Source: Lama guanicoe
Taxonomy: Eukaryota
Reading direction: 5' to 3'
NCBI GenBank assembly: GCA_013239625.1
Contig: MU054187.1
Location: 5,901,757 to 5,965,756 of the forward strand
DNA: 64,000 bases
Part shown: positions 39,013-52,917 of the stretch, piece after piece
How positions within the stretch are numbered: the stretch's first letter is position 1
How the letters are laid out: each line of letters starts with the position of its first letter
Notes under the pieces: generated by a model
What the model was told of the DNA's origin: nothing
Seen by the model: only the letters and a program-made list of their open reading frames with translations
The model's database searches: none
Made by a program: the position numbers and the translations under genes

Positions 39013-40254
39013 TTAGGAAATTTATAATTCATTATCCAAGATGATCTGTAATCTGTCATCATCCAAGCTGGTCTGTAATCTGACATCAGGAGTAACAGCC
39101 TGCCTGGCAAACCAGGATATAGGGGGTCATCCTAATTTTACCTGGTAGAAAAATCTTTTTTACAAGGAAGTAATTGAATTGTCACTTGGTAGGTGACTAA
39201 CAGTACCCAAGTGTGTGTATGTATGTTCAGTTGCCAACAGATCATTCAGTCATATTTTTTCTTTGATCCTTGTCCTTGTAAATGCTAACGAAAAGAGAAC
39301 AGAAGTATTCTAGATTTTTCAGCTGATTTGTTTTGCCATGAATACTAGCATAAATATTGTGGATGGGTTCTTTCATTGGGTATGTGATTGGATTAGATAC
39401 TGGAAAATAATTTCCAAGTTTGTTTTTTACAAACCACAGTAACAGGTACATTGCAACCCAGGGTTCGGATATGTGTGTAAGTGCATATGTAGCTCCAAAC
39501 AGGAGTTTCCAAACAGCACTTATCCTAATCTTATTTATTACATATGGTCTAATACGTGCTATTGTGTTCTAGTTTATTTTTTTAATGCTGATCATCCACT
39601 AAATTGATTTCATGACATAACTGGGTGCAGCCTACTGTTTAGAAAACACTGCACAGAGGACCTTTTTAGTTCCAACATACTGTGACATTCTGAGATCCTG
39701 AGAAGTAGTTATACATCAGTTTTCTTTATTCTGATCCTTCTCACATTAAGCAATTTTCCACTGTTAAACAAACTAGTTTGGAAAAGTCCTAAGAGTGGTA
39801 GGAAAAAAACAAAGGGATGCTATTTTTACCACATCTGTTATCTTACTTACTGTTAAATTTAATATTCTATCATTTATTCCCTATGAAAATTAGTAAATGC
39901 TCCATTTTATTTTTCAATTTTTTTTAAATGTAAATTGCACCTAGCAGTTATCTAAGGCAGTGGTAGTGAAAATGAAGAGATTACTGGTGACAGTTGGAAT
40001 TAACAAGGTTTAGGGGAGGATGTTGTAGGGAGTGAAAAATTAAAGACAAGATAATTTTCAGGCGTTTTTCCATTTCAGAGGAGTTTATATTCCAAATATG
40101 GGTTCTTTTGCATTTATTTTTTAATGTGAAAGTAATAAATACACATGATAATGTTAAAACATTATGAAAGGGCAGAAGATTGGATATGGGAGCAAGTGAA
40201 AGATGACATCATGCAAAGAGAAACAGGTCAGGGAAATACAGAGGTTAAAATTTT

Positions 40255-40865
40255 GGTAAGCCCAGAGGAGTGGGCTACACGGTGACTTCCTTCCAAAGAG
40301 TATAGTACGAAATGCGAAGGGAAAAAAGGGTTAACTTTATTTTTTTTATTTTGTAGGGAGGTAATTAGGTTTACTTATTTTTTTAGAGGAGGTGCTGGGA
40401 ATTAAACCCAGGACCTCATGCATGCTAAGCATGCGCTCTACCATTTGAGCTATAATCTCCCCACAAAAGGGTTAACTTCAGAGTGAAGAAACTTGGCCGG
40501 GTACCTCAGCCAGGTGATCAAAGTTAACATCAGTGGTAATCAGTCATGTTGACAGTACGTTCCAGTGTTACGATGTGATGAAAATTGTGCTCTGTCTCTG
40601 TCGTCTTCCTCTCGAACACCCGTAACTCTAGTCAATCACAGGGGAAAAAAATCGGACAGATCTCAGCTGAGGCACATTCTACAGTATACCTGACCAGTAC
40701 TCCTCGAGATTTGAGTTAAAGTCATCAGAAACAAGGGAAGTTTGAGAAATTGTCACAGCCGAGAGGAGCCGGAGGAGACATGACAGCCAAGGGTAATGTG
40801 GTGTCCTGGATGGGATCCTGGGACAGAAAACAGACATTAGGTAGAAACTAAGGGGGAAAAAATCC
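40255..40865 (+). mobile_element. L1MC/MD-type 3' region (host of the 40338 SINE)
   Basis: ccaggtgatcaaagttaacatc...gggatcctgggacagaaaacagacattagg. Confidence 0.7.
40338..40464 (-). mobile_element. tRNA-Ala(AGC)-derived SINE (camelid-type) nested in an old L1
   Basis: Reverse complement matches the 56961 copy. Perfect 14-bp TSD aaaagggttaactt at 40324-37 and 40465-78. Confidence 0.92.
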
Positions 40866-41119
40866 AAACTGTCAGAGAGTTAAAAGCAAAGAGGCTTCAT
40901 AAAGAATGCAGGGTAGGAAATAAACCACACGGAGAAAGGGAAGAGGACATGTGAAGGCCTCACAGGTTCCAGGTATAAAATGAAAACCAGTGGTAGAGGA
41001 TGGAGTTAGAGAGGCTGCTTTTATGTTCGTTCTGTTTCTGTTTCATTCTGCAATTATAAAACAAGCATGTGCTTTTAGAAAACAACATGTCTTTTTTACT
41101 GGTCCCTCTCTTCATACGG

Positions 41120-41790
41120 CTTTAAACACCACCTTATACTGATGCCTCTCTGACTTATCCCTCCACCTGAGCATCTTTCCTGAGGTCTCAACTCCTGTGT
41201 CCCATTGCCTGTATAAGCATTTGGCTGTCTAACACATGTATCAGCTCGGAATAACCATACTGGAACTGAGGGTCTTTCCTGCTCTGCCTTCAGTTTTCTC
41301 CATCTCAGTGACTCTTCTGTTGGTTCAGGCAGAGATATTGAAGCCATACTTAAACGTACTTTTTCTCTCAGAACCCCCATCCACGCTGTCACCAAATTCT
41401 CTTGGCTCTGCTTCAGAATGTGCCCAGAATTCAGTCACTTCCAGTCACCTCCTCTGCTACAGCCCTGGTCTTGCTTCATTGAGAAAGTCCCCTTAGCTGA
41501 TCTTGCTGCTTCTGCTCTCATCTGCTTGTCCTTGTAAGTTATCCTCATTGTAGCAGCCAGCGTGATTATTTTAGAATTTAAGTCAAATTATGTTACTCTC
41601 TGCCCAAAACCCTCCAGTGAATCTCCCATTTGATCACAAGTAATTAAAAAGTCCTGTGGGGTCTGCGTGCTTAGGCCCCTGAGATTCCCATAACCTCAGC
41701 TCTTAGGGGCATGACTCTCCCTGCCTTCGAAGCTTCACCCTCGTTGGCCTTATTATCACAGTTTCTTGACACATCCCACCTTACAGCCTT
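41120..41790 (+). mobile_element. L2 LINE remnant
   Basis: gcagccagcgtgattattttagaatttaagtcaaattatgttactctctgcccaaaaccctccagtg. Confidence 0.7.
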
Positions 41791-43266
41791 CCCACCCTTA
41801 CTACACAAGGGTGTAGTTGTCATTATAAATTAAGCTTTATTATTTATAAAATTTATTTTAAGTTTAGGCTTTTTTTTTAATGAAGTCCAATAAAAAGGTT
41901 TTTAATTCCTATTTATGATGAAATGTTGTCCCTGTTGTAATCGTTTCATTTTAGAGGCTTATTTTTCCTCCCAAAAATAAGGGGATATTATTTCAAGAAA
42001 ACATCAGATTTGGACAGAATTTTAGTTTAGGTGCTGAAATTGCTGTTTTCTCTATTGAAGGTATTTCAGGTAATCATAAGTTCCAAAAGTGCATTTAAAA
42101 ATCTAGCCTCAATTTAGAGCATTTTTCAAATATAGAAAGCATGGCATTTTGGTAAAAGGTCTCCTTTCTGCATTTCTGACCAATTGATAGAGGTTAGAAG
42201 AACATTCTCAAAAATTCTATGCATCAGTCTTGTGGAGTTAGTTACTTGATCTGAGCATTGCTGTTTCTTAAAGCTATTGAATTAAGACTTCTATTTAACT
42301 TGAGTGTACAAAAATATGACTTATTTAATTGTTTTAACTGTGTAGAAGTCATAATACGTATAGTAGAGCATTTAAAAACCAGTCTAATACAGTAGTAATC
42401 CAGTTAAACTACAAGTGCTCTTAGATTTTTAAGATGCAGTAAAAATTGTCTTAAGTTTTCAAATTAGCATGCTCAATTGTAAAATAAGAATTGGCCCTTC
42501 TTTCTGAAAGTTCAGGTCTGCTGGAAATGGAACTTAACCACCTGGTGGCATTGGATGGTTGGTGTTTTTTAAGTACAGAGCATGTAAGCTATGAAGTAAG
42601 CAGATTTGGTCTAGTGTGAGGTTAAGGGCACAAAAATAAATAGGAAATGGTGTGATATTCGAGATTCAGTTCTCCTCAGAGGGCAAGTAGGATGCAAATA
42701 GAAAATCTGCCTTTAATTTGGGGACTTGGGAGTTATTCATGACCTCATGGTAGAATGAAGGAATGCAATTCAGATTAGAGTCGGTCCTGAAATGAATCAG
42801 CCAGAGGATAGAGCAAGCAGCTTTTCCTGGAAAAGTGGATTCTGAACACGTACTTTTTGTTTGTTTGTAGGAGACTAAGTTAAACTATAAAAAGAAGAAA
42901 GTATCATGTTTTTAAATGTTTTCACTACTACAGAAGAAACAAAGTGCAGGCACACTTCAGTGCATGAGCACTGTGGTACACACTCCTGGGAGGGCCCCAT
43001 TGGCTGTCTTATAGGAGTTATTGCCCCTTGCATCTTTCAGAAGGAAATGTTGGATGAGTAAGACAGGATGGAAAGGGTGTCTTAGATTGGTCAGCGCCTT
43101 TTCCCTAAATCATCAGTCCTCTAATTGCCCGAGAAACGAGAGCACTGAGAAATCATGACAGATTGTTCACTGAGTACCAGAAACCCTAGCTGCCTCTTAC
43201 CCAAGTGCTTCAATAAAGTATTTTTTAACTTCTGTAAATTTTGTCTCTTATTTTTTTTTCTTTTAA

Positions 43267-43452
<186 letters not shown>

Positions 43453-43619
43453 TAGTCTCCATCACTTTTTAAAAACGTAAGTATGTGTGGTAAAAACAGT
43501 ATTACCCACTTTGTGAAAGTGATTGGAATTGCCGCAAGACATTAGTACGTAGGATTTTGACTGTATTAATGATGAAACAAATGATTGAGAGACAACATGT
43601 CATAGGGAAAGGTAAGCGC

Positions 43620-43830
43620 AGAGAGTGTGGACCAGTTTGTCAGCGTTCGGATCAGGGCTCTGTCATTCATCTGCTGGGCAGCCACTTTCCCACTCTGTGC
43701 CTCAGTTTCTTTATCTGTAAAATGAGAAAAATAATAATACCAATCTCACAAAATTATTATAAGCAGTAAATGAGTTAGTAAATGTGAAGCGCTGGAACAG
43801 TGACTGGCTACACAGTTAAGTGCTCTAGGC
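43620..43830 (+). mobile_element. MIR SINE
   Basis: ctctgtgcctcagtttctttatctgtaaaatgag MIR core. Confidence 0.72.
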
Positions 43831-44300
43831 TTACCGGTAATTACTAATCCAGAAAGACTACCATCAGGCATTTTTTAGCTTCCTCAATTGGGAAGACCAA
43901 ATGAGACAGTTACTAGTATGGAGTAATCGACAAATACTAGCTGTTATTTATTCACTGATACACAAAGGTATCAAATTAAAGTAAGAGAAAAACTAAAAAT
44001 CTCAAGTAAGCATACCATTTCAAGATACTTACTTGTTTAAAAAAAATTTTATTTATACCCTGAAAGCTAAAGAATCTAGATTATTCTTCTGTGGCTGTAG
44101 CCATTAACAACTAGAAACTGGTCAACCATGAAGAAATAAGGTAGTTGGAAATCTAGTTCGTCTTTACAGCTGATAGCTTCATGTATCTTTTCAGCCAGTG
44201 ACTGCTTACTTTATATAGGTATCATTCACTTACTATTAGTAACAAGTTGATTTTCACGTCCTATGTATTTTTAAAATACCAAATCAAAGATAGAGTTTAT

Positions 44301-44359
44301 TTTTTTAACATTTTTTATTGATTTATAATCATTTTACAATGTTGTGTCAAATTCCAGTG
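44301..44359 (-). mobile_element. 59-bp extreme 3' fragment of the young L1, with TSD
   Basis: Identical to 13283-13341. Flanked by a perfect 15-bp TSD aaagatagagtttat. Confidence 0.92.
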
Positions 44360-44639
44360 AAAGATAGAGTTTATGAATCAAATTATTAGCTCAGTTAATA
44401 GTTTTCAACCAAGTCACATGTACTTTGTGAATATACTAAAATCTGTCCTTCCTCATTACTGTCAATAAGAATATAAAGCTTTCATTTTAATTTTGATAGT
44501 TTTAATTATATACGGTATTAATGTGTAAAACAGGTACTACTCATTTATGCTGGTCCTCATGATGTAGTTTAACTTTGGTGAGTTCATTTTTGTGTAGGAT
44601 CTGCTCTTTGCTCAGTAGATCTGAACCTTGGAGGCCACC

Positions 44640-45241
44640 TGTTAGGCGTGACAGCCCTGAGACAACTGTCAAACAATTGTTTTCTGTCTAGGGTACTACA
44701 CAAAAGTGTCTCGTTTAAATTTCTGAGTAGTTACGGCGAACCTGACGGGGAAGATGTCCTGAGCCTCCTGTCGGAAGTTGGCCTGGGCTCTTTTGTGGAA
44801 AGATAGAAGGGAGTGGCCCAGGGAGAGAATTTAGAAGACTGTAACTCATGTGACTGTACCAGCTGGCTTCCTTCTGGGTTCGCTGGGGACACCAGGAGGT
44901 AGAAGACTGAAAGCAAAGAGAAGCCGAGGGTCTTCTCTGTCTGCCAGGGTGAACTGTGTGTCCCCTCCATGGCTTTCACCACAGCCCCTGCCCAGCAGGC
45001 CCACTGGTGGTCTCGCTCCTGGGCTCTGGAAACCCTGCCTTCTCTCCCTGTGCCACCGCCCCAGCCTTGGGAGGGACGCAGCTTCCTACTGTTGCTAACC
45101 TCTGGATTGCTTTACCATCTCATTCCTCCTTGGGCTTCTCAGCCCTTTCTTAAACATAACCAGTGCCCTATGTTAAATCTCCTCTTGTTTTGAATACTCA
45201 GATCTAGTTTCTGTTTTCTGACTGGACTCTGACTCCTATAC
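44640..45241 (+). mobile_element. Old ERVL-type LTR (5' boundary uncertain)
   Basis: 3' end ttaaatctcctcttgttttgaatactcag...tttctgttttctgactggactctgact resembles the LTR33/LTR67 group. Confidence 0.5.
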
Positions 45242-45769
45242 CTTATGACACCCATCACAAGAATTTATTTTTCTGATGTAAAGACAATTTAGAAAATCAT
45301 TAGCACATACTTTCTAAAAGAACATTAGACTGGTTGTTAAAACAGGCATAAGGCAGTATCTTGACTCTGCTGCATACTTACCTTTGCTTGATAAATAGAG
45401 GATAGTGAGAAGGTTAAGATTGGGTCATGACTAAGAAGTATTAAATGATAGAAAAGAGGAAATAAAAGACAAGGAAAGACTGTAAAATATTCCACCCTTT
45501 GCCTACTATCTCTGAGAATTGTTATGCTGTGAAGCAAAGAAGCAGTTTATAAATAGCTTCCTGGATACAGTTACATCGGAGATCCAGACTAGAGCCTCGC
45601 CACCCAAAGGATGGTTCGAGGGCTATGGCGCCAGGCCAGCAGCATCAGGATCGGGTGGGAGCTTGTTAAAGAATCTCCTGAGTCAGATTCTGCGTTTGAA
45701 CAGGGTCTCCAAGTGGTTCGTATGAACATTAACATTTCGGAAGCATTGGAGCAGTGGCTTTTGCATAGT

Positions 45770-46400
45770 GATTACCCAGCTGGAAATAGGTTTCCTGTTG
45801 TTGACCTCATGCACACATAGCCTGGCCTCTCAGTTCCTTAACCTCCTCTCCTCCTGCGATCTTGCTTCCTCTCTACCTCAGCTCCTCGCTCCCCTAGTCA
45901 CACCAGGACCCTGTCATTGCCAGTATCTGGAACCACTCCAGAATCTCAGTTTCATGCGTCTGGCTGTCTGACTATCCATCCCATCTTTTCAGTTCACACT
46001 CTCTGGTTCCTAACAATTTATTTACCCTATCAGATGTGTAATTCATTGAGCTGCCATCTTTTTACTCTCGTGCTCTGTTACTTCCCTCCTTATCGAACTT
46101 TGATTCTGAAATCTCCTCTCTTGGGTGTCTAATAGGCATCTCAAGCTTAGCATGTCCAAGATACCTCCTGACTGTTTTCCTTCCCATCTTCACAAATATA
46201 CATCTCTGCACACACCCCTCCCTGCCCATCCTGTCACCTAGATCTGTTTGTCTCCTTAACTTGTCATACAGTTTAATATAAGTGAACGTTGTCTCCCACC
46301 ATATAAAGTCAAGTCCATGACAGCAGACTTGTCTATCTGTTTCGTTCATTGCTATGTCTCCAGTACCTGGTACATACTCCATCAATATTTGGTAGTTAAT
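45770..46400 (+). mobile_element. L2 LINE remnant
   Basis: tgggtgtctaataggcatctcaagcttagcatgtccaa, ending in caatatttgg. Confidence 0.65.
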
Positions 46401-46999
46401 TAATACACTATCAATTTGGGGAAAGCTCCCTAGAGTAACTTTTAACATTATAGTGCTTAATGCATGCAGTCCTTTAATGCTGTTCAATTATGTTGTTTAC
46501 AAATAATTGTAATTATAGCCCACTAATTCCCACTACATTTATTTTACTGCCTGCTAAGGGACAGTTTGGTAAATACTGGTCTAGAGACTCACCATTTATA
46601 TGTTCATTCCACCTAGCTACTCTCTCCGTCACTTCCTTAAGCCAGTCAACCTATACGAAGTGACTACTGGGAGTGAAAGTATACTTTTGGGAGAAGGTGG
46701 TAAAACTAAAGCATCATTTCCGCTATCAGGCTCTCGACAGGATATGTTTAAAATATGCCTCATTTATCTGGGGTTCAATTCTTTGATAGTTACCTAGAAT
46801 TATCACTGCCGAGAACTCGAAAGATGGCTTTAAAGACCTCTTGTGAACATCTAATTGAGCTCTCACAAAGACTGTATTCCTGATTTTGACTTGCCTTTGC
46901 CCTCCAGCAACCACTATGAAGAATTTGGTATGTGTGTCGCCTTCTAGAGTTTTTAAATACATCATAAACACACGTATAAAGCTGTTCTAATTTGTGATT

Positions 47000-48200
47000 C
47001 CTCCACTGATGTACTGAAGTACCTGTTTCTCCTCACCCTTGCCTCCACTACATCTCATTGATGTTTTTAAGTACTTGTGCCTTGGAGTGGGGAAAGTGGT
47101 TATTTTACTTTTCAGTTCCTTAATTTTAAGTGAGCCTGAGCATTCTTTATATGTTTAAGAAACACTTCTATGTCTTCCTTTTAATTACCTGTTTGTATCT
47201 TCGCCCCTTCTACTGCTGGTTATCTTTAATCAAATCCATTGATGCTTTTCTTTATGGCTTTCAGATCTTACTAAGGAAGGCACCTCAGTGCAAAAATTAC
47301 ATACATATTCTTTCAGATGTTCTTCTAATGCAGTAAATTTGTACTCCATCTGGTTTATGGTTCTGTATGTGATTTTATTTAATCCCTTTTTAACTTGTAG
47401 CCCCAAGGCGTTAATTAAATAAGCCATTCTTCCTGTCCTATTTGAACCATCACTTTTGTCATATGCTAAATCTCTGTGTGAGTGAGCCTGTTTGGGGAAC
47501 CTCAAATCTATTCCATTCATGTTTTTTGTTCTTCTTCTATTGCGTGAGGTAGTATCACACTGCAGTATTTGTAGTAACTTTTAGTATACTTAATATATGA
47601 TTGGCATTTTTCTTTTTCTGAGTTTTTTTGATTATTCTTGTATATTTGTCTTTCCAGATGAACTTTAGTCTCAGTTTGCCAAATTGAAAATTTTTCAGTG
47701 AGGCTTTTAAAATTTGGTAAGAAATGTATTAAGTTTGTAGGTTAATTTGAAGGCAGTTAATGTTTTTATTGTATTAAGATTATTTGTACACATAATATAT
47801 GTTTTCATTTATTCCAACTTTTTAAATACTCTTCAGCAAAGTTTTACAGTTTTCTTCGTACAGGCCTTGTGGTTTTAAGTTTGTTTATAGATTTTGTTGC
47901 TATTGTCAGTTAACTTTTTTTCACCATTACTATTGTTAAATTAATTATTTTGCATGTTGTAAGTAGACAGTTTGGTCTTATCTGTAAGACATAATTTTTT
48001 CTTAGCTAATACCTATATACCTTTTAGTTTGTTTTTGTCGTTTATGACCAAGATCTCTGGAGTAATTTACAAGCTGAGCACACTGTAATCTTTTTGTCAG
48101 TGTAACTTGAATTCCTCTAGTGTTTTACCTTTAAGTATGACTTTTCCTGTTTATTTTTCATAGAAAAGTAAGGAAATTGCTTTTTTATATCTAGCTTTCC
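47000..48200 (-). mobile_element. Old L1 (L1ME-like) remnant
   Basis: T-rich, with tttccagatgaacttt and attttgttgctattgt L1 minus-strand motifs. Confidence 0.6.
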
Positions 48201-50869
48201 CTTTGTTTCTAGAATTAGGGAAATCAAGCCTTCTCCCCACAAGGCTCTGTTTTGACTTTGCAGTGTCTAAGTTCCAGGAGCAGGTTTGTTTTTTCTCAGG
48301 CTGGTCTGCGAAGGCTCAGCCCGACTGCTTGACCCCCAACTCTGCTCTCTGCTTTGGCAGCTCCGCCTGGGGACGGAGCCTCACTCTGCCTCTGCATCTC
48401 AGTCCCCTGGCCTGGCAGGTGGCCCTCTTCACTGAGGCTGTCATCATTAGTTATGTTAGTGGTGGCTTAGAAACTCAGGTGTGCAATATAAAATAATAAT
48501 ATTTACTGTCTGCCAGGCACTTATTTTGTATGTAATAACCCTTTTAATCATGAAAAAGAAATCTTATTGGATACCATTTGCAGATAAGAAAAATTAAAGC
48601 ACGGAAGAGATTTAATGACTTGCTCAGGGTCACACAGTTAGCAGGTATCGATTATTGAATGCTCAATAAGTGGTTACTATGTAATGATGCAAGTACTTAC
48701 TATGCAAGGATGGTAATGATCTAGAGGTAATTAGAAAGTATGTATTTACCTTCTGAGTATTTTGTCCTGGGAAGAGAATAACATATCTGGAAAAAAAAAG
48801 GATCACTCCCTGACAATGTCGGGTAAGTGAGTCCTGGCCTTTGGCTCCAAAGACAATTTCTCTGTCAGCCAAATTGGCTGTTACTTGAAAATGTATCTGG
48901 GAAGAGCCTCAAGGACACAGGGCATGATGTTTTATCCCATTTTTTTAAAAAAGATAAGGAACCTTTCTAAATGAGATTCTCAAGCATGCATATATTTAAG
49001 GGAAAAGATTTAAAATTTTTAACAGTCCAGAAGAGAAATAAGATTTTGGGGTTTTGTTTGTTTCCGAGACTTCCAGGACTCTTGAAGTTTCAGTGTTTTC
49101 TTTTGCCACATAGAGTACCAAGGTAAAACCTGCCCTGAATCCAGCTCTGAAAAGGTAAATTGGAAAGAGTTATGTTTCTGAAGCTGAAATTGAATTCTTT
49201 GTTTTTGTTTCATTTGGTAGGAAAACAGAAATCATAGTTTCTCAGTAATCAACTGTGCTTGTCAATTTTTTCTTTTGAGATGTGTATCATTCTTTATCTT
49301 CCTTCCGTCATTCTTTATCTCATTCTTGGATAACACAGTAGCTATTTAACTAGTTTCTTGGCCTCTTGTTTTTTACTCTGTCTTCACCCTGTTAATAAGT
49401 GAACCTATTAAAAAATAAAAATAAGTGAAGCTGAAACAGCATTCTTGTATTTCCCTGCTTTAGAAACAATCCTGATTTTAATATAACATGTCTTTAAAAT
49501 TGGATATATTTTTAGACGCAGAATCTTTGTTTAAAGACATTTTAAGCTTCAGTAATCTCTATGTACTTTGAGTAAAGAGATAAAAATAGCAAAACTCAAT
49601 TATGGCTTAAGTTAAGCAAAGGCAATATATTAGAATATCTAGAATTGTATAAAGTACCCACAGGAGGGTGGAGACTTGGACTTGGGAATGGGCAGGGACG
49701 AAGCCATCTTAAGAGGCCAGGAAGCAGGAACCATAACAGCTATCCTGCTGCAGAGGATGGAATGGTTGCCAGTCAGTTTCAGTGTCTTTATCCCTGTGCT
49801 CAAGATGTTGTTTCCAGAGAAGGAGCATCTGCTCGCCCTTGCTTGCCTTGTCTGCCCACCCTTAGTATCAGTCAAGGGTCTGTTTCTGATTTGCAATCGT
49901 TTTTTGGCAAATTTGACATTATGCATTGAATTGAAGGAATCTTGAATCCTATTGAGCAATGCAGATGTTTCTGGATTGTGGTTAAAAGCCCCTCCATGAC
50001 AATGGAAGGAAAAATAGGATTTCTCTCTGTGGCTATAAATAATAGATTCATGAAAAGGCTTCCATTTTGTCAAGTATCTTGCTAATATGTAGAATTTTGT
50101 ACTTTAGAACATTCCTTTTAAATACTGGATATTTCAGAGAACATTTATACCTTACTCAGCCACTGGTTTCTTTTCTCAACTACTCTTATTTTCATGTCAC
50201 TAATAGGAAGCCGGTGGATGGTTGCTTTGTGTGCCTCCCCACCCCCATGGCACAGAATATAGATGCATGTATGTAGATAGATAGACAGCTGTGTACACTG
50301 TGATGGTTTTATATGGCATAATTTTACAATTTTGCATTTCTCCTTCTAGTGCATCCTAACCTCCAGAGTCTCTCTTCTTTAGCTTTCCTGTATGTCTGCA
50401 TCTGAGAAACATACCAATAGTTGCTTTGTATTGACTGTGCCTCTGGGATGGAATAAGTATTAAAATATAGAGTAAAAACTCCATGAAGTTACATATACTG
50501 GGAGAACAGATTACCTTCCTATCTCACTCTCTCATCACAGTTGGGGGAATTATAGGAGATGCTGAAATGGAATTCTGGCACTGGGCAGTAAGCCCTTCCC
50601 TGGGCAACTAAAAGCTGTTTTTCTGCCAAGATGACATCTGGTTTCTGGGGACCATGTGTGTCTTCCCTTCACCCTGACTCTGATCGAAATACTGACAGAA
50701 CACACTCCAAGCAGTAGTGACTTGGTGGAACATAAGTGATAGACTCCTTGCAGAGTCTCCTTCACAGCTATTTGCTGTTCTGAAATTATCCCGTCTTTTT
50801 CTCCTCCCATTTTGATTATTGAACGAATACTTTCAAAAGATATGATAAATGTAAGGGAAAAGGCCAAAG

Positions 50870-51320
50870 TAGTAAACTTATAAGTGTAAAGTTTATATTC
50901 CCTTTAACCTGCAATCCTATTTCCTATAATTTGCTGAAAGTCTTAATCATAAATTGAAAAATGTATGCAGAAGGTTCATTTTAGCATTAACTACTTAGTG
51001 AAAATTTGTAAACAACCAAAAATTGTAGCAATAGAGTACCAACTTAATAAAACGTGTATATATATATACATGCACACCCACAGAGGAATATTACACAGCC
51101 ATCACAAATAATGCTGTAGTTTTACACATTTATTGATTAATAAAGATATTTGTGGCATGGAATAATGTTTGACATTGACTGAAAAGCGGACTGCAGAACA
51201 GCATTTATGTGCTCCCATTTATATAAAATTATGTACTTCTATGTGTATTTATTCATGGAGCAATGTCTGAAGATATGTTTAAACAGTGGTTATCTCTAGT
51301 GGGTGATTTGGAGATTTCTT
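50870..51320 (+). mobile_element. L1ME-like 3' region
   Basis: gcaatcctatttcct...aacaacc...ggaatattacacagccat. Confidence 0.6.
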
Positions 51321-51718
51321 TCCTACTTGATAACTCATGCTGGGGACCAAAACTATGATGTTGAAATTCATCTATCTGTTTTAGTGATATTTATACCACA
51401 TTAATGGTTTTTAAGAAATTTTAATTTTTGTGACTAATAATTATGGTTCTTGAATTTCATTTCTAGTTGGGTTTTTGTTTTTTTTTTTAATATTACTGAG
51501 CTTCTGAAATATGAAGACCACAGTTGGTTTCTTGCCTCTACTAGACTCAAATATCTAAGTGTTCAGTTATATCCTTAGCTCATGTCTTAATTAGCACCTC
51601 TCCCTTGGGTTACATGTTTTCTAAGGATAGGAGCTGTATTTGTTAATCTGTATCTATCACTTGGCATAGCATGTCCTAGAAATAGACACCCTTTTTTAAA
51701 AAAAATCTATAAATGTGA

Positions 51719-51928
<210 letters not shown>

Positions 51929-52424
51929 TAATGGTTTGTTAGACACCAATGCTCCTGCAGCCGTGAGGTAAAATGTGGTACCAGAAAAGACTGATTTTCA
52001 TTATGCGGTGTTTCAGCAGGCATACCCCAGGGGCAGTTGTTGGTGAACGTTTTTAAGCGAATGCTCTGGTTATGTGGTCTAGACAGAAATGCTCTAGAAA
52101 CTGTTTTTAAGAAAAACAAGCAGTTTGTCTAAAGTACACGTATGAAGTAAATATGAATGTCAGTACCATAGAGTCACTTAATCAGTTTATTAATTTATTT
52201 TAAAAATATGACTTGGTTCTAACCATTTGAAGCTACCTTGCTCTCACCCCTCATTCTGTCATTTACATTCATTGAGTGCTTATTACATGTCATGTTACAT
52301 AGTTTTTAATGGCAGTTTCTCATCTGAACCACAGAACATGATTTGAATGACTGTTGTCTTTATTTCCCCGTCCTAGTTGCATAAAAGAGAAATTACTTTA
52401 TTATGTACCATGAATGCTCTAAGG

Positions 52425-52917
52425 TAGCGGTTCCCAAACTTTTTGGTCTCAGGATTCCTTTATACTTTTAGAAATTAGTGGAGACCTCAAAGAACCTTTG
52501 CTTATGTGGTTTATAGCTACTGATATTTGCCATATTAGAAATTAAAACTGAGAAACTTATTAAATCATCAATTATTAATTCATTGTAAAATAAACATAAT
52601 AAACTCATATGTGTTAGGATAAAAAAAATGCAGCTTTTATGGGAATTAACTGTTTTTCCAAAACAAAAAACTACATTTTTCCAGTATGGAGAGTGTCGTT
52701 TTGTTAGATTTTGAAAAATCTCTTTTACTCTCTGCTTAGTAGAAGCTGGGTTCTCATATCTGCCTCTGCATGAGTATTAGGTGTGTTATTTAGTTAAAGT
52801 GCATGAAGAAAATAAAACCTCACACAAATAGGTAGTTGAGAAATGGAGGACCTCCTGGGCCCACAAGGTGTCTCGGGGACGCCCGGAGGGCCGGGGACCA
52901 CACTTTGAGCACCACTG
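52425..52917. mobile_element. hAT-Charlie (Charlie4-like) non-autonomous element
   Basis: TIRs tagcggttcccaaact / actttgagcaccactg. Degenerate 8-bp TSD ctctaagg / ccttaagg. Confidence 0.78.
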
